Shown one piece after another: positions 33,445 to 43,780 of a stretch of 64,000 nt of DNA; positions within the stretch are counted from its first letter, which is position 1, and each line of letters opens with the position of its first letter. Both the position numbers and the translations under genes were made by a program. The DNA is taken from positions 1,364,001 through 1,428,000 of the forward strand of contig SMSO01000035.1 of assembly GCA_004764695.1 (NCBI GenBank), given 5' to 3'. A model generated the notes under the pieces. It ran no database searches, was not told the DNA's origin, and saw nothing but the letters and a program-made list of their open reading frames with translations. This DNA is from Schizochytrium sp. TIO01. Lineage: Eukaryota; Protista; Bigyra: Labyrinthulomycetes.

Positions 33445-34310
33445 AACTACTTTGGCGTGGTTCTCTCGTGCTACTAGATCTCGTTTCCGTAGGTTGGCAA
33501 CGCGTGCAGCGACTGAACTCGCAGCAAACCCGGAACTCCTTTGCATCGCTCGACTCGTCTATCCTATCCACTATCACCTTGAGATCGCAGCTGAATTCCA
33601 CAGCGATTTGGTCAAAGTCCTATTTGTCAAGCGAGCTTGGTTCGGCACGCCACTCCGCGAGAGAGGGAGGTAGGGAGGGAGGACTTTTACTCTCATTCAC
33701 GAGCAGAAATCCAACTTGTTCACAGCAGACAATCAATTCTCCAGAGTAGTAGGCACGACAACTGCGCTGCCTCTTGGAGAGCACCCAGCCTGCCAGCCAC
33801 GAGCTCTGCCTGCACAACAGTAGAACCCAAATAAATAGCTGTCTCGCGCTCGGCGATCCGTACCAGACACAGTGACATTGCGATTGCCCTCTTCGGAAGT
33901 TACCTCAAACAAAGAGTTACACAACACCTAGGCACACCTGCAAAGCTTGAGGAAAGCAAGCAAGCGCGTGTTACAAAAGCGCACTGCCCATCTAGCTAGC
34001 TCGCTAGCTAGAGTCGTCAGCCCAAAGGATAAACAAGCTGCTCCTCAAGGTTGAGGAGATAAATCGCTTGCTCGACAAAGCAGGCCAGCAAACCCCGTTT
34101 GCGGATAGAGCACGGCACGTGAAAGTAAAGGGACGCGGCACGCGCGCAAGTACCTTGGGATACGGAACAAGAGGTTTAACGCCGGGACATAGGTTGAAGC
34201 TTGCAAAAGTTTTGCTTGCTGGTGCAGGTACTTGAGCACCAAGGACCACCACACCAAGAACCGGGTCGAGTAGCAACCGAGGAGAACAGCTCCACCAACA
34301 GATAGAGACA
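33445..34310 (+). promoter_or_regulatory. Promoter / ATG-free leader of ACSBG copy 2
   Basis: No plus-strand ATG for 866 nt; Inr-like TCATTC at about 33693. Confidence 0.5.
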
Positions 34311-36656
34311 ATGCCGATTCCCATGGTAACAGCGCCACAGACGGCTGACACGGACTTTCCGCACTATAGTGTCGAGGATGGCCCTTTCTGGAGTTGCAAC
34401 GCTGATGCAGACCTTGAGCCTCGGTTTGCAATGACTGGCGTAGCTTCTAAAGCTGTCACCCCCCCGGCAACGCTCATTGACGTCTTTGCAGAGGCTGTGC
34501 AACGCCGTGGAAATAAGGTTGCAATGCGCTCTGAGGGTCTTCGCCCTCTGCAACGTGGCGAAAGCCCTCCTGCTGCAATTCCGCGGGGCCAATGGAAGCG
34601 TCAGTGGACATATAAGCAGTTTCAGCAGACCACACTATTCGTCGCTAGGGGCTTGATGGAGCTTGGTGTAGAGCAATTCGACACGGTTTCCGTGTTTGGT
34701 TTCAACTCTCCAGAATGGTTTTTCGCTGCTCTCGGTGCGATGCATGCTGGAGGTAAAGTTGCTGGCATCTATCCTTCAGATACTGCTTCTCAAGTACAAT
34801 ACAAAGCCTTTCATAGCGACACCTCCGTAGCAGTTGTGGAAGACAAAGTATGTTTTGACAAGTTCAAGGAAGTCGCCGACGAACTACCTTACCTGAAGGC
34901 GATCGTGTGCTGGGCTTACGCAGAAGCTCAGGATATTACTCGTGAAGATGGATCTGTTGTACGCGTAATGAACTTTGCTGAGCTAGTGCAGTTAGGCCGG
35001 GATGTTGAAATGCTTTCTCTTGAGGAGCGTATGAGCAAGGTAACCCCAGGTATGTGCGCAGCGCTCATCTACACTAGTGGCACGACTGGTAGACCAAAGG
35101 CTGTTATGATATCGCATGATAACCTCATTGCTGAGAGTTCTGCGGTATTACCACATGCAGGCACTGTTGGCAAGAGTGCTGAAGAAGAGCGTCTGCTTTC
35201 CTACCTCCCCTTGTCACATGTTGCTGGCATGATGGTGGACATTATTTGTCCTCTCCTTATGAGCGCACGGATGAAAGGCTGGTGTGTTGTGCACTTTGCT
35301 CGTAATTATGATCTCAAGCGTGGAACACTTGGCCAACGCCTCGTTTCTGTTGAACCCACCTTTTTTCTTGGAGTGCCTCGCGTTTATGAAAAAATTGCTG
35401 AGAAGCTAAAAGCTGTTGGTGCGGAGACCACTGGCCTCAAAAAGAAGCTTTCCACCACGGCTAAGAAGAAGGGACTCCAGGAGCAGGTTGAACTCCAGCT
35501 TGGTGGTAGTGGCAGAGCTCCTAGCTTTGGGTTCCTTGGTATCTACAAGAAGTTGCTCAACGTAATCAAGGCAAAGCTTGGTCTATCCAAGTGCAAATTT
35601 GCCTTTGCAGGAGCTGCCCCAATGACGCGTGAAACTCTTGCCTACTTTGGATCTCTTGGTATTAATATCAACGAGGTCTATGGTATGTCGGAGTGCACAG
35701 GTGCTGCATCTTGGTCTAGTGAAGCTGCCCATGAATGGGGCACTGTAGGCTTTGCTTTTGCTGGCTCTGAAGTTAAGATCTTCAAAGTTAACGAAGATGG
35801 TAGCAAGACAGAGTGTCCCCGTTCGGACGACATCATGCACGCAACAGAGGAAGAGCAAGGTGAAGTATGCTTTCGTGGTCGTCATATTATGATGGGCTAC
35901 CTTGCAAACCCGAAACTTGGCCCTGAGCATGTAGCGGAAATTGAAGCCAAAAACGCAGAAGCTATTGATAGTGAGGGCTGGCTACACAGTGGTGACAAGG
36001 GTGTTATGTCCACTCGCGGTATGCTCAAGATTACAGGTCGCTACAAGGAGCTTATCATTGGTGCTGGAGGAGAAAATGTTGCACCCGTGCCTATTGAGGA
36101 TGCAATCAAGGCGCGCATGCCTTTCGTTTCTAATGCGATGATGGTTGGTGACAAGCGCAAATTCATGGGTGTGCTTCTCACTCTTAAGGCAAAGGGCGCT
36201 TCTGGCGAGTTGCCTGGAACTGACGAGCTTGATGGGCCTGCTGCACAATGGGGCGCTACAATTGAGGAAGCTTGTGAGAACGAAGCACTCATTGAGGAGA
36301 TCACCAAACAGCTCAAGGAGATTGGTGACGATGGCGAAGTGACGCCCTCCAACGCAGCTCGCATCCAAAAATTCACCATTTTGCCATTGGACTTCTCAGT
36401 TGTAACAGATGAGCTTACAGCGACACTCAAGCTTAAACGTTCCGTTGTACATGATAAATACGAGGATATCATTGATGCATTCTTTGAAACTAAGGGCGGG
36501 GTGTTTGTTCCGTACTCAACTGTAGGGTCTTATGATGTATCTGAGCAAAAGGCCGCCTATGCTACAGATTCCCCTCCACAAGGTGATGTTGACTATGTTG
36601 ACATCAACGAAGATGACTTTTCTCTTTCAGGTCGTGAGGAAGCTTTGAAAGCATAA
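34311..36656 (+). CDS. ACSBG: Long-chain fatty acyl-CoA synthetase, bubblegum (ACSBG) type, copy 2
   Basis: Same AMP-binding and ACSBG motifs as copy 1; colinear paralog of 26914..29256. Confidence 0.92.
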   Translation: MPIPMVTAPQTADTDFPHYSVEDGPFWSCNADADLEPRFAMTGVASKAVTPPATLIDVFAEAVQRRGNKVAMRSEGLRPLQRGESPPAAIPRGQWKRQWTYKQFQQTTLFVARGLMELGVEQFDTVSVFGFNSPEWFFAALGAMHAGGKVAGIYPSDTASQVQYKAFHSDTSVAVVEDKVCFDKFKEVADELPYLKAIVCWAYAEAQDITREDGSVVRVMNFAELVQLGRDVEMLSLEERMSKVTPGMCAALIYTSGTTGRPKAVMISHDNLIAESSAVLPHAGTVGKSAEEERLLSYLPLSHVAGMMVDIICPLLMSARMKGWCVVHFARNYDLKRGTLGQRLVSVEPTFFLGVPRVYEKIAEKLKAVGAETTGLKKKLSTTAKKKGLQEQVELQLGGSGRAPSFGFLGIYKKLLNVIKAKLGLSKCKFAFAGAAPMTRETLAYFGSLGININEVYGMSECTGAASWSSEAAHEWGTVGFAFAGSEVKIFKVNEDGSKTECPRSDDIMHATEEEQGEVCFRGRHIMMGYLANPKLGPEHVAEIEAKNAEAIDSEGWLHSGDKGVMSTRGMLKITGRYKELIIGAGGENVAPVPIEDAIKARMPFVSNAMMVGDKRKFMGVLLTLKAKGASGELPGTDELDGPAAQWGATIEEACENEALIEEITKQLKEIGDDGEVTPSNAARIQKFTILPLDFSVVTDELTATLKLKRSVVHDKYEDIIDAFFETKGGVFVPYSTVGSYDVSEQKAAYATDSPPQGDVDYVDINEDDFSLSGREEALKA

Positions 36657-37087
36657 AAACATGTCTTCTCAACTTATGCTTCCTCTCGGCTCAGTCTTTT
36701 GTTTTTCAATGCTGCCGGTAAAGAATGTGGATAGTTTTAGGTTCCGAAGTAGTGTTTTGAAACGATCATATGTTTCGTATATGTGTTCGCTGCTTATGCA
36801 CCTCCTCCCCCCCCCCCCAACAAGTCATATGTGTCATTATTCTCATTTTATCTTATTCTCAGCTCCTTTTGTTACTAATGTTCCTTCAATTCTAAAGTAT
36901 GATACATGTTTTACCTGTTTATATAACCATTTTACATTCTATATAGAGCTGCTTAGCAAATAGCTCGACCTTGAGTTTCTGTTAAAAGCTTCAAATTTCT
37001 TCTTTACATCGCTTTGCCAGACGATAGTTGGACCTTCAATCATAAACTTACTAGATGAATCATATCGCTGTTAGTTATATGAAGCAT

Positions 37088-38200
37088 TCAAAAACTTTCA
37101 GATATAGCATCAGAATGGGCTTTCCCGAGCGCGGCTACTTCGTAAGCTAAGGGCGTAAGCTGAAGTTTCCTCACAAGGCGTGCCATGCCACTACTTTCTT
37201 CACATCGTTCGTCTTCGTCGATGTCGATCGATTGTGGTCCACCATTGATTGCAAGAATCTTTCTTTCCGTATTTGGTAATCGGTGTGGTTCCCAGAGGTT
37301 TACATTCTCCGAGCACCATTTTTCACGCCTTGCACGGTCAATCTTTTCTTCGAGATCCGCAATATCATGTCTGAGTTTTTGCTTAACAAAAAATGAGTCC
37401 CTGTGATGGCGCACAAGCTTTTTTCGAAGATCATGATTATGCCTTTGATACATATCCATTGCCGCCGTCGCATAGTAAAGTCTTTTAAGATTTTCAAAGT
37501 TGTCAAACTCTTTCACAGGTTCAATCAAAGAAGCAATATCAGCGTGGTATAGTTTGCGATCATGGCGACTCCGCTTGCCTGGATAGTGTCCTTCAATTTC
37601 AGCCACCTTCCCATCTAGCAACCGTGAGAGTACAAGCTTTCGAATGCGTTCTAGCTCAAAGATGCTGTCTTTAGCTTCGACTTGACGCATAAGAGTATCG
37701 CAATCTTTCCAATGCTGGTCAAGAGCTTTATTAAGTCCAAGCTCAATAATACATTTCTCGCGTAGCTCAGCAATTTTGGCTTCTTTTCTTCGTTTTGCTG
37801 CTTTAAATGGGTTCACCATGATTCGGCTGAACCGTCGTTGCCATCGTGTTTTCACATTTAACCAAGCCTTTTGCAACTTCCCTTGCTCATTTCTTTTCTC
37901 GTTTTCATTCAGTAGTTTCTTTCTTTCATGGTTTGGGTCAACTCCCGTTGTTGCTGCTGTAGCTGCTATTCCTTTTTCACCTTGCGTCCTCGTGTTGTCC
38001 TCATGTTGAACCTGCGCTGGAGCTACAGTTTTGTTCGCAGTTTCGCCATTGGAGTTTTCTATGATTGATTCATGTTTAGCATCCTGGTCGATTTCGCTCT
38101 TTGACGTTTCCTCTTCTTCTTTATTCAGTATGCTCAAGAGGCCTATGGGTGGAGGCTTCACGCGTAACGAGCTTTCTGTTCCCACTCGTCTCGTAGACAT
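37088..38200 (-). CDS. Hypothetical coiled-coil protein
   Basis: ORF of about 370 aa from the first ATG (MSTRRVG); charged helical composition; no recognised domain. Confidence 0.65.
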   Translation of the reverse strand: MSTRRVGTESSLRVKPPPIGLLSILNKEEEETSKSEIDQDAKHESIIENSNGETANKTVAPAQVQHEDNTRTQGEKGIAATAATTGVDPNHERKKLLNENEKRNEQGKLQKAWLNVKTRWQRRFSRIMVNPFKAAKRRKEAKIAELREKCIIELGLNKALDQHWKDCDTLMRQVEAKDSIFELERIRKLVLSRLLDGKVAEIEGHYPGKRSRHDRKLYHADIASLIEPVKEFDNFENLKRLYYATAAMDMYQRHNHDLRKKLVRHHRDSFFVKQKLRHDIADLEEKIDRARREKWCSENVNLWEPHRLPNTERKILAINGGPQSIDIDEDERCEESSGMARLVRKLQLTPLAYEVAALGKAHSDAISESF

Positions 38201-38885
38201 GCCGATTTTTAAGGGTTCATCTAAATACTTCACACCATCCAGTAATAAGCTTTATCTTTCTCTGCCCAAAAAAAAGTCTGCTCTTGTTGCTGTTTTGTAT
38301 GTCCATTTGCCATGAAACCTACTAAATTTAGAAGAGGATGATGCTCAACAGAAATAACAAATTCGTGCGATCCGTTTGCGTCATTAAGGGGTCCCTTAGT
38401 TTATTGTGTACACAAGTCGTGTAATTAACTCTTTAACTAGACGCTATATCAGGTCGAGAGCAAGGAACCGTGCGTATAATAAAAACTGTTTTTCTAGACA
38501 AAAGCGAGAGCGAAGAAAAACCAAACGACCAACTCGGGCTCCTTGGTCATCAACCTCGTGCGGGCGCTGGCGCTGCTCCTCTTGATCGAGCGCTAGACCT
38601 AGGCTCATGCACTAGTAGGAGATAACATCGTCATCAAACACTTGAAGCCTATTCGTTGAGTTTTGTTGTCCAACATATTTTCTTCTTGGAGAAGCAGGCG
38701 TTCTGCTGTGCGGAACATCTGAGACTTTTTTCTGTCTTCGCGACGAGTTTCAGGTTCTGAGGAATTCATTGTCTGCAAGCTCAATTCCGCAAGGCACGTC
38801 TTCAAGGTGCCTGACGAACACAACTTGATAAATAAAGTAGGGTTTAGCTTGCTAGCAACAGTCTGGGTCAGAGAGAATTGCTTGA

Positions 38886-41063
38886 ATGTCCTCATCCTCA
38901 TCATCTTCTTTCGATGCTGCTGTCGTTGATTTGCTTGACGATGATCAAAGTGAGCCTGAACAGTTAGAACAGTCAGGTCTTTCGGTTCAACAATGTTTCG
39001 CGAATGGTAACGTGCAAAATAAACGACGACGACGGTCTTGGAAAGGACTGGACATGTCACTTTCCTCCGATTCCGAGAGCGAGGATGGGATGTCTTTTGG
39101 AGTTTGCTCAAGTCTACAAACCCAGTCAGTAGCATGTAAATTTTCTATGCAAGCAATGCCATCATCATCATCGTCATCATCACCACAACCATCATCACCT
39201 TTATCCACTCGGGCTACAGACGTCAAATCCCTCGAATCGTTCAGATCATGTGAAGGAAGCCCAGCTCGAGTCACCACACAAACTTTACAAACAGTGACTA
39301 TTTCATCACCATGCAATAGCTTAGTAGTTACTCCTGAAAGGCCAAAAATATTACAAGATGATGGAAAGAACGAGGTAATATCGCTCCTCTCAACAGGCTA
39401 TAATAAAATGCCTCCAGCTTACGCTCGTAAGGCATTGAGCCCGGTCAGTCTAATGTCAGTATCACCACTCGGCTCCCCTACCCGCAAGCGTTCTCGTTCA
39501 CTAACAGGTTCTGACAAAACAAATGATCAAGGCCATTTAACCACTCTGGGCGCAATCGAGCGACAAAGCGTGGCAGCCGCAGATTTAGAATTAGACAGCC
39601 CAATCAAACGGTCTAAATCATCTGGAATGACTGATCTCCTATTAAGTGATGACAGTAGCCCTGAGTCATCACCTAGAAAGGACTCGTCATCTATATTTCC
39701 AGTTCGTTATAGTTCCAATGCGCAAATGTATCGGTCCGTATCATCAACAGCTCAATCTGCAAGACCTACTTCTTCATCTGCATCATCACAAGACCACATC
39801 CCCCCATCATCGTTGATTCAGGTTTCTACAGAAATGAGCATGCCTATAGATCTTCTCAACAAGGCCACTGTAACTACCAAAATCACGAAACGTACTGGCA
39901 AGCCCAAGGCTCATGCTCTTAATGAAAGCGCAAGCTTAGCAGTAAATAACGATGAGACTAGTGAAAAGCCTCTTACAAAACGGGAACTGAAACGTATTGA
40001 AAAGGAGACGAAAGCTCGGCAGACAAAAGAGGCCAAGCTTGGTGAAAAAGTTAGAAAAGGAGCGTTTGCTAAACGAGAACTCCTTGTCAGTTTTAGTCAT
40101 GAGATGAGTAAATCGGCTTTAGGCCATGCTTTGCAAGGTGCGTGCCTCGCGGAAGAATTTAACTTCAAAGTTGATCCTGCTCTGAGCGATGCACCAGGTA
40201 TGATTATTTTTAGTCAGTATTCGTTGGAGCCTTCGGATGAGACAAAAGGTGGATTCAAGCTTAAAGATGATAAGCTAGAACCAATTATAGACTCAAAGAA
40301 GGAACCTAGTCCGGTTGGCAAGGGTGTGCTTCTTTTTTGGGACTCAAATGATTTCATTACTCGATTGTGTACAGATCAGCACGGTTATCAAGCTCTCGAA
40401 GAGGTGGTGCAGTCAGCTCGTCATTGTTGGTCACGCCTCGTAGAAACCAGGCCTCGCAATCCACTCACTGACGGTGCACCGAAAATTATTGTCATCTTCT
40501 GTGGGATGAACGACGCAATTCTTGAAAAACAAAAAGCGAAGAAACGGGAGAATGGTAGCGAGTTTGTAAACTATAAGCGTGCATCTCAAAATGGATTGTC
40601 CGATGCATTGGCTTGGTTGTTGATTGCATATGATATCGACAGTCGCCTTTTGCCTCAAGGAACAGACAAGGCATCTGATTGCTTCAAAGAGTTTGTTGGC
40701 GCAACCCTGGAAACTTTGCATTATCAGGAGCCGTTACCTGTTGAGATTCTCAGCGAATTCAAAAAGCAAAATACGGGTCAAGCAACCGAATGGGGTATGG
40801 ATAGCGAAAGAGATGATTTCATTTTGCACAGTTGGTATCTTATGCTGCGTTGTTTGATTGGTGATATTGAAGCGCGGCGCCTAATTAAGCATTATCCGTG
40901 TGCTCGACTTTTACTAGATGCTTACGATGATCCCAATTTGAGTGTCAAAGAAAAGGAAGAGCTTGTTGCTGACATTCTCCGCCCTAATACTAGACAGCTA
41001 AAAACTTCTCGCAACCTATACCGTATGTTAACCTCCGAAGACCCTAATCTTCTTCTAAAATAA
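38886..41063 (+). CDS. EME1: Crossover junction endonuclease subunit EME1/Mms4-like
   Basis: Long S/P-rich disordered N-terminus, ERCC4-like middle (DALAWLLI) and EME1-type C-terminus W..ML...YP..RLLLDAYDDPNLSVKEKEELVADI...SRNLYRMLTSEDP. Confidence 0.78.
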   Translation: MSSSSSSSFDAAVVDLLDDDQSEPEQLEQSGLSVQQCFANGNVQNKRRRRSWKGLDMSLSSDSESEDGMSFGVCSSLQTQSVACKFSMQAMPSSSSSSSPQPSSPLSTRATDVKSLESFRSCEGSPARVTTQTLQTVTISSPCNSLVVTPERPKILQDDGKNEVISLLSTGYNKMPPAYARKALSPVSLMSVSPLGSPTRKRSRSLTGSDKTNDQGHLTTLGAIERQSVAAADLELDSPIKRSKSSGMTDLLLSDDSSPESSPRKDSSSIFPVRYSSNAQMYRSVSSTAQSARPTSSSASSQDHIPPSSLIQVSTEMSMPIDLLNKATVTTKITKRTGKPKAHALNESASLAVNNDETSEKPLTKRELKRIEKETKARQTKEAKLGEKVRKGAFAKRELLVSFSHEMSKSALGHALQGACLAEEFNFKVDPALSDAPGMIIFSQYSLEPSDETKGGFKLKDDKLEPIIDSKKEPSPVGKGVLLFWDSNDFITRLCTDQHGYQALEEVVQSARHCWSRLVETRPRNPLTDGAPKIIVIFCGMNDAILEKQKAKKRENGSEFVNYKRASQNGLSDALAWLLIAYDIDSRLLPQGTDKASDCFKEFVGATLETLHYQEPLPVEILSEFKKQNTGQATEWGMDSERDDFILHSWYLMLRCLIGDIEARRLIKHYPCARLLLDAYDDPNLSVKEKEELVADILRPNTRQLKTSRNLYRMLTSEDPNLLLK

Positions 41064-41336
41064 TGAAACACTACTGTGAAGTGATGTAATGTGGAATTAG
41101 AAATTTTTTTGGTGTACTGTATATGTTCTTCAATTCAGGAGAACGTTGCCAATGATCATAACACCGAATCGCCCTAACCCAGATGCATTACTGGGGTTCG
41201 GAAAACTGATTTGAGTGTGAGAGATTGAGATGAACATCCGAAAGAGAAGATTAATTGATGTGTTTTTATATGAAAGTATGAAAAGCAAGTAAGAAAGAAG
41301 AGCAAGTGAGAAATAAACATTTATACGCGCCACCCA

Positions 41337-42064
41337 TCATCCCATCATTCCCATACCGGCATCATGGAAGTTGTCTTTTGCTTCGCGAAACTTGTTCTCA
41401 AGTCTGCATACTTCATCAGTAAGTGAAGCGGTTGCTTCCCGTACAGCATCTAAGGAGGTCATGCTGCCATCTGTCCGAACCTTCATCTCGATCAAATTTT
41501 CCAAGGGATGGGGGTGGCGGTAGCCTGCAAAACGGACGCTGCCATTCTCCAATAGTTTCCTGTAGAATCAGTCAGCAATCAGCACAGATAACGTGTTAGT
41601 GTAAAAGGGCTTCGATAGATTGGCTGGCCCAAATCTTATCAAACTTACATGCGCAAGATGTTGCCGAGAGTGTGATCCTCCTTTACGAAGATAAAATCTG
41701 CAGAGTTTACAATTTTGCTATCAACCTTGTAGCCAACCCTGTATTAAAATCAAACCAAATTTACATATTAAACGCCACGAACAAGCTTTGCGTTAGCATT
41801 ACTGTTGCTCTTCTACCGTGCACGCATATTTATCCTTCCAGAGCGTTTTTGCCCTCCCTACTAGTAGCATGGCCATAAAAGAAAAACAGCAAACCGAAGC
41901 GAAGTTCTTTCATGCGCGAAAAGCCTTCTTTAAGATTCCTATCACATGCAGCAGCTTCTCCATGCGCGAACGCTTCGAACCGTCGAATGCGCTGCAATTT
42001 TTACCTACTTCACCTCGGTGTTCTCGTCAAGGAGCACCGATTCTTCTCTGTCGGGGGCGTTCAT
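41337..42064 (-). CDS. RPB11: RNA polymerase II subunit RPB11; exons 42064-42009, 41738-41649 and 41559-41337
   Basis: Spliced product MNAPDREE...[32 protein letters not shown]; GT-AG introns (GTAGGT..TACAG and GTAAGT..TACAG) keep the frame. Confidence 0.92.
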
Positions 42065-42918
42065 CTTGCCTGTTTGCCGCCGATGGCGTGTCTTGGAGAG
42101 GCCTTCTCTGCGTTCTCAAGAGATCCTCGCTAAGGAGGATATTAGCAGGCTATGAAATATGTCTGGTGCGTACGAAGGACTCTGTTCGCAGCACGCTCGA
42201 GAGCGCTTTGCGCTCGTTGGTGGCCTACTCTATAAACAAAGTTGCCAGAGTCTCACTAAACATCTTCTTCTATTACTAAGTCAGCAACTGTCAACGCCGA
42301 AGTGACTTATACAGATCAACAAGTAGGCTATACCATTGTATAAACTAGTTATATACCGAATAAATCACTTGCGGTAGCTATGACGATTGTAGGTGGACGC
42401 AACAAAGTGAGTTATAGAATGTTAAAGTGCCTTGTGGGTGGCTATAGACTATTGTAGATGTTGGTTTAAGGCTGTTCTGAAGGACGCTATAAGTCACTTG
42501 GAGGGAACAGGTATATCTTGATAGTAAAGGAAAGAGATATACAGTGCAGATGAGATCTTTGCAAGTGAAGTATAGTGAAAATAGTATATAGTACGATAGC
42601 CCAGGATTCCACTGAAGCTGACTTTTGTTGGCACTCCAACTCCGTCGCAGGATCAGCAGCAGACCCCGATTCTGTGCTAATCCTCTCGCTGAGGTGCAAC
42701 AGCTTGGGAAGGCCGAGAGCCCTTTGTTCTTAATTTTGACGTGGTGCTTTGTGGGGTGTTCCTTCAGGTCGAACGTGCTGTTTGAACCTGAGTTGAAGAA
42801 AACTCGATCGGTCTGCAAGGGCCAGGCAGCACTGCGCGGACAACGTGGCAAAATAGCGGCACGTAAAGGCGTGCTGTGCTAACAAACTTTGGGTAGTGTT
42901 TTTGAGGGTTAAATCAAG

Positions 42919-43780
42919 ATGTTTAGCTCCTATGAGGCCGAGTTTGAGACCATTGTGGAGGCAGTGCGTGAAGGCTTGTCGCAGGTAGACTCTCTTCAAG
43001 ATAATTCCGCCAAGAGACGTAGTACCCTGCGTCAATGTGAACTCGACCTTGGACAAGCAGAGTCTCTCGTTCGTCAGATGAACATTGAGGTGCGCACTGA
43101 TCCCAGCCCTGCGTAAGTTTCTATCATGCATATTGACAACACGATTGTGTTTGAGACCTATCATTGAGCAGACGACTAACATAGATTGTTGTGTGAGGGG
43201 ATTGAGGATGTACAGCTTAAAGCGCAAGCTTACAACTCACAAGGATGCTCTTAAATCTCTTCGTCAGGAATACACAGGTGTTCAGCAAAAGAGTGAGCGC
43301 CAGGATCTATTTGATTCTCGTACCGCTGGAGGCAGCAGTGAGCCTTTGATCTCATACACTCGCGCTGCGGAACAGGATCGCTCCCGATTCTCAGAGGTTA
43401 CTGCTCGTATGGAGCGATCAAACGAATCTCTCCTTCAAACTCGCCAAGTGTTGGCTGAGACTGAAGATGTGGCGCTGAGTATTTCTGAAAACCTTGAGCA
43501 GAATCGCGCGACAATTATTGGAGCACACGAGCGTGTCACTTTGACGAGCGGACTAATTGGTGGCGCAAATCAGATTTTGCGCCGGATGCGTCAGCGGGAG
43601 CATCGCCGTAAGATTCTGCTTACGTTTCTGATTCTTTTGATGATTTTTGTCATCATTATGATCCTTGTGAATGCTCTCAAATCAAATTCTTCGTCGTCTT
43701 CTTATATCCCGACGATCCCTCCTTCACCGACTACAGTGACGACCCCGGTACCGACATCATCTCCAACACCGTTTCCATAA
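42919..43780 (+). CDS. VTI1: VTI1-like Qb-SNARE; exons 42919-43112 and 43216-43780
   Basis: Habc start MFSSYEAEF..., 'AESLVRQMNIEVR', SNARE motif 'LAETEDVALSISENLEQNRATI' and a C-terminal TM; intron GTAAGT...TACAG joins the two ORFs in frame. Confidence 0.85.
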
